This document shows positions 60,085 to 64,000 of a stretch of 64,000 bases of DNA, one piece after another (position 1 is the first letter of the stretch; the number at the start of each line of letters is the position of its first letter). The position numbers and the translations under genes were made by a program. Below the pieces are notes generated by a model, which was not told the DNA's origin, did not search any database, and saw only the letters and a list, made by a program, of their open reading frames with translations. The stretch covers positions 1,024,001 to 1,088,000 of the forward strand of contig OZ253470.1 of the NCBI GenBank assembly GCA_965261735.1. Reading direction: 5' to 3'. The DNA is from Alphaproteobacteria bacterium. Lineage in GTDB: Bacteria > Pseudomonadota > Alphaproteobacteria > SHVV01.

Positions 60085-61382
60085 GGTCGTGTCCCAGGAC
60101 GTGGTGTAGGAGTTGTTGGAGCCTCTGGTAGCTGTGGGTAGGCGGCTTGCCGTAGCGACCGCCGAGAGTCTGGCGTAGGCAAGCCGGCTATCCACAGCGG
60201 AGGCCATCGCGGTTCCGGTTTAGGGTTGGGCTAGTGCAAACCAACCTGACCCGAAGGAGAACCACGATGACCCAGGACATGATGACCCTACGCGCGCTTT
60301 TGGAGAAGAGCTCCGATGCCGATCTGCTTTGCGAGATGATCGGCTTCACGGCCGAGCGGCTGATGGCACTGGAGGTTGAGGGCCTGACCGGCGCCGGGCA
60401 CGGCGAGCGCTCGGCGGATCGTATCACCCATCGCAACGGCTACCGCGACCGGTCCTGGGAGACGCGGGCCGGCACGGTCGAGCTGAAGATCCCGAAGCTG
60501 AGGAAGGGAAGCTACTTCCCGGGCTTCCTGGAGCCGCGGCGGATGGCCGAGAAGGCGCTGGCTGCGGTGATCCAGGAGGCCTACATCCAGGGGGTGTCGA
60601 CCCGCTCGGTCGACGATCTGGTTCAGGCGATGGGGATGTCGGGCGCCTCCAAGAGCCAGGTCTCCAGGCCTGTGCGGCGAGATCGACGATAAGGTCAACG
60701 GCTTCCTCGATCGACCGCTGGAGGGCGACTGGCCCTATCTGTGGCTCGACGCCACCTACGTGAAGGTGCGCCAGACCGGACGCATCGTCTCGGTCGCGGT
60801 GACCGTGGCTGTGGCCGTCAACGACCAAGGCCGCCGCGACCCGGATCCTCGGCGCCACATGGCAGCGCTGCCGCGTGCACTTCGCCCGCAACCTGCTGGC
60901 CCATGCCGGCCGCCAGGGCCGGCGCGTCGTCTCCGCCTTCGCCCAGGAGGACGCCGACAGCGCGAAGGTCCAGTGGCGCCAGGTCGCCGACCAGCTCAGG
61001 CCCAAGGTGCCCAAGCTGGCAGTTCTCATGGACGAAGCCGAGCACGACGTCCTCGCCTACATGAGCTTCCCCAGGGAGCACCGCCAGAAATTGCACTCCA
61101 CAAACCCGATCGAACGGCTCCATGCCGAGGTCAAGCGTCGCACCAACGTCGTCGGTATCTTTCCCAACGAAGCCGCCATCACACGGCTCGTCGGCGCCAT
61201 CCTTCTCGAGCAGAACGACGAGTGGGCCGTCTCAAGGAGATACATGACGCTGGAATCCATCGCTCCGCTGAGCGATGGTGTCCCCATCACGCTGCCCACC
61301 GTGGCAGCCTGAACGTCCCGGCCCTACCCGCCGGGAGCCGCGTAGAGCGCAACGCTCTTACACCACTCCGCGGGACACGATC
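60085..61382 (+). mobile_element. IS256-family element, both ends present, transposase broken (+1 near 60668; 137-bp deletion at 60827-60839)
   Basis: IRs GGTCGTGTCCC / GGGACACGATC; inverted near-identical copy of 55150-56243; no matching TSD. Confidence 0.92.
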
Positions 61383-61608
61383 ACCAATCGCCATTTCGAT
61401 GGAAACCATACCGGATATGAATCAGCGGCGGCCCCTGACAATTGACCGGCACCGCTGTCAGGCTTCTTCACGGCATAGGCTGCCCCATGACACCGACACG
61501 GGGACGACAATACCGCGGCTTCACGGCGGAGCCTCGCACGTAATGACAACCGCAACAGCCCAGCCTTGCCCGAAGGTGCCGGTTGAGGGCATCAGGTTTG
61601 TTTCGCCA

Positions 61609-62225
61609 TCAAGGCTTGTGAACCTCGAGCGGGCACTTCACCACCTGGTTTTTCCGCTTAGCTTCCATCGCGCAATTGGCAATCGTGGGGCCATAGTTGT
61701 CCCAGATGTGCCCGCTCCACCCGCGGGACGGGTCGTTGAGGGGGACGATCAGGAACTGCTGCTCGACCAGCACGCCGAGCAGCAGGAATGCCGGTGCGGC
61801 CACGGCCAGCGCGAGCCCCGGCAACCACCGCCGGTGCTGGCGCTCGGCGTCGCCCCAGCGGTGAAAATCCTCACTATAGCCCGTAATCGTCTCTTCGATA
61901 CGGTCGGCGGCCTTGCCCAAATCCCGTTCCCGCTCACCGGCGGCCACCAACTCGTCGAGCAGAGATCGGGCCTCTCCGGCATGCGCCGCCAATTTGTCCG
62001 TGATTTCGACGAGTTTCCGGGTGCCGATCCTCAACCGCCCCCCGTCATCCTTCTGTGCTTGTTCGATTTGCGTGGAAACTTGCCGCACCAGGCCGAGAAC
62101 TTCCTTGAGCGAGGGATTAGGATCGAGCGAACCGGTCCTGGTTTTGCCGGCGGCCTCTTGATCCATTTGGGCGTCACACCCATTTTGTTCTCATTGTCCT
62201 CCAATGCCTCGTGTTTTCCGGTCAT
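61609..62225 (-). pseudogene. Hypothetical coiled-coil membrane protein downstream of traG (possible frameshift near 62165)
   Basis: ATG at 62225 overlaps the traG stop; main ORF 61609-62166 has one TM helix. Confidence 0.45.
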
Positions 62226-63125
62226 AGTGCTTTTCCTCCAAATGGCAGTTTGAACCCCGGCCATGCCCGCAGTTCGTAGCCTTCCGCGGCGCGTTGCTTG
62301 CGGATGACGAACGGGTTGGGATCCGCGAGATAGCGGGAGTCCTCCCGCCGCCAGTAGCGGGCGTGGTGGAGATGCAGCGCGTCGCGCGGCATGTCCTTGG
62401 GCGAGGCGATGACGTATTGGCGGTCGGGGCCAAGGGTCATGAGTTCGTCGGGCGTTATCAACCGCTCGCGCACCAGGGCGCGGGAATCGCCGGCCTGCCA
62501 TTGCGTGTTGGCGGTGACGATGCGGTTCTCGGCAATGGTGCCGAAACGGTTCTCGGTCCGGGCCTCGAAAGTAGCGGTGCCGATAGCCTTGGAGAGTTCC
62601 TCCGCACCCTCGGCGTCCGTGCGCGGGAAGCCCAGGATCTGGACCAGTTCGGCCAGATGCAGGAGGGTCTTGCGGTGCTCCTTGCCCCAGGTGGAATCGA
62701 GTGCCGAGATCGACTGGGCGAAGCACCAGAAGTGGACGCCCTTGCCGGCGGCCATGGTGTAACCGTCCATGACCGGCTTGAGGTAGCCGAGCCGCGGCAT
62801 CTCGTCGATGACGATCAGCAGGTCGCGCTCAAGCGGCTATACCAGCGACGGCGTTGGGGATGGCGACCCACAGGCGCAGCCAGCCCTTGACGTGCTCGAT
62901 GGTCTCCTCGGGCGCGACCACGAAGAGGTCGGTCTTGCCGCCGGCCAGGATCAGGGGATCGAAGCTGGACTCTTGCGTGTGGGCAAGCAGTTCGGGGAAG
63001 TTCAGGAAGGCGAGCTGGTTGGCGATAGTCATGAAATTGCTGCCACCTTCGTCATCGCCAACCTGGGTCTGACGCTGGACCGCGATATGGGTCAGCCCGC
63101 CGGCGAAGGGCTCCATGGATGTCAC
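62222..63125 (-). pseudogene. TraG/VirD4 type IV coupling protein C-terminal fragment, frameshift near 62835
   Basis: WLRLWV...LLIVIDEMPRLG...GKGV....FAQS...RLITPDEL. Its 5' end is cut by an IS. Confidence 0.78.
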
Positions 63126-64000
63126 GGGTGTGGGTCTGGTATGGAGAATCTAAGTCATTGATTTAGTGCGTTTTTGTGTCGAGACGAACGGCCGAAAACG
63201 GCTATTCGTGACAATGGGCCGCTCCAAGGCAGGATTTTGTCACGACGGCAGGGTCGAGCAGGGGAAGGTGGGAACGCTCCGCACCGCCAGAAGCGGTACG
63301 ATGCCGTGTCTCGAAACCCAACATCGGGAGCATTCCCATGGCAGTATCCCGCCTCCGGCGCCTTCGTCCATCGATCTTTCCGGCCTGCCTCCTCGGGTCG
63401 TCGAGGCGGCCGCCCGGGTGCTCGCACTGTGTCGCGAGGAGCTTCGTTCCGAGCCGCGCCCCGAGGCACCCGAGGAGGTCGAGTTGCGGGTGCGTGAGGC
63501 CACGAACGAGTTCGCTCGCGATGTCATGGGCGCCGTCATCGAGAACCGGGACGATGGCGCTTCCCGGATCGAGCGGGACGGGCAGAGCTGGTTCCGGGTC
63601 GCGGTGACGCCGAAGACGATCATGACCTCGCTCGGTCCGGTGACCTACCGGCGAGCGCGTTACCGCAGCGGCGCGAGCGGGGCATCGCCGGTGCCGGTCG
63701 ACGAGAGCCTGGGCCTCGTCGACGATTACCTGACGCGGCCGGCGGCCGAGCTCGGTCTGCTGATGATGGGTCGCTGCACGGCCCGGGAAGCGGCGGCGTT
63801 CTTTGCGAAGACCGGCGCCATGACGCCGTCGGTGAGCGCCTGACCCTGAGCATGCACGAATGCTGGGAGAGCCTCGGCCCGGAGACGCTGGGCAGCATCC
63901 GTGAGGCCGAGGGCATACCGCAGGACGCGACCACCGCCTCGGTCTCCCTCGACGGCGTCATGGTGTCGCTGAGACCCGGCGAGGACGGTCGCGCCAAGGC
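63126..64000 (+). mobile_element. ISKra4/UPF0236-like transposase, frameshifted near 63840, runs off window
   Basis: MTSLGPVTYRRARYR, VPVDESLG, SVSLDGVMV. The left boundary is inferred from the traG truncation. Confidence 0.7.

Noticed and set aside
60760-62253. 497-aa ORF spanning IS256 and downstream DNA
   Set aside because: Off-frame product of the IS deletion, running antisense through another gene.

Overview
GC-rich (about 65-70% by eye) bacterial DNA, most likely an alphaproteobacterium; this is inferred from gene content and promoter style. Four zones. (1) 1-24.7 kb: a catabolic island with IorAB-like 2-oxoacid oxidoreductase, amidohydrolase, ThDP enzyme, formamidase-like hydrolase, 4,5-dihydroxyphthalate-decarboxylase-like protein, three paralogous luciferase-like (LLM) oxidoreductases, two amidases and an Fe3+/polyamine-class ABC importer with two binding proteins and two permeases. 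(2) 24.7-38.6 kb: mixed metabolic genes (form II CoxL-like, SDR, DLH with Cys-to-Ser, Rieske oxygenase, SCO, MmgE/PrpD), a broken Anbu/ATP-grasp junction, and a PEP-CTERM metalloprotease whose sigma54 enhancer has been split off by IS1595. (3) 38.6-50.1 kb: a decaying exosortase A/PEP-CTERM-associated exopolysaccharide-modification cluster. (4) 50.2-64 kb: an IS-dense zone (IS630, IS3, IS1595, two IS256, ISKra4-like) hiding a secreted C-type-lectin-like gene that can be reassembled across two insertions, orphan binding proteins and conjugation remnants. Frameshifts and deletions at short direct repeats recur throughout, suggesting genome erosion, though sequencing or assembly error cannot be excluded. 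No rRNA, tRNA or CRISPR array was seen. All family calls come from motif recognition by eye; no database searches were run.
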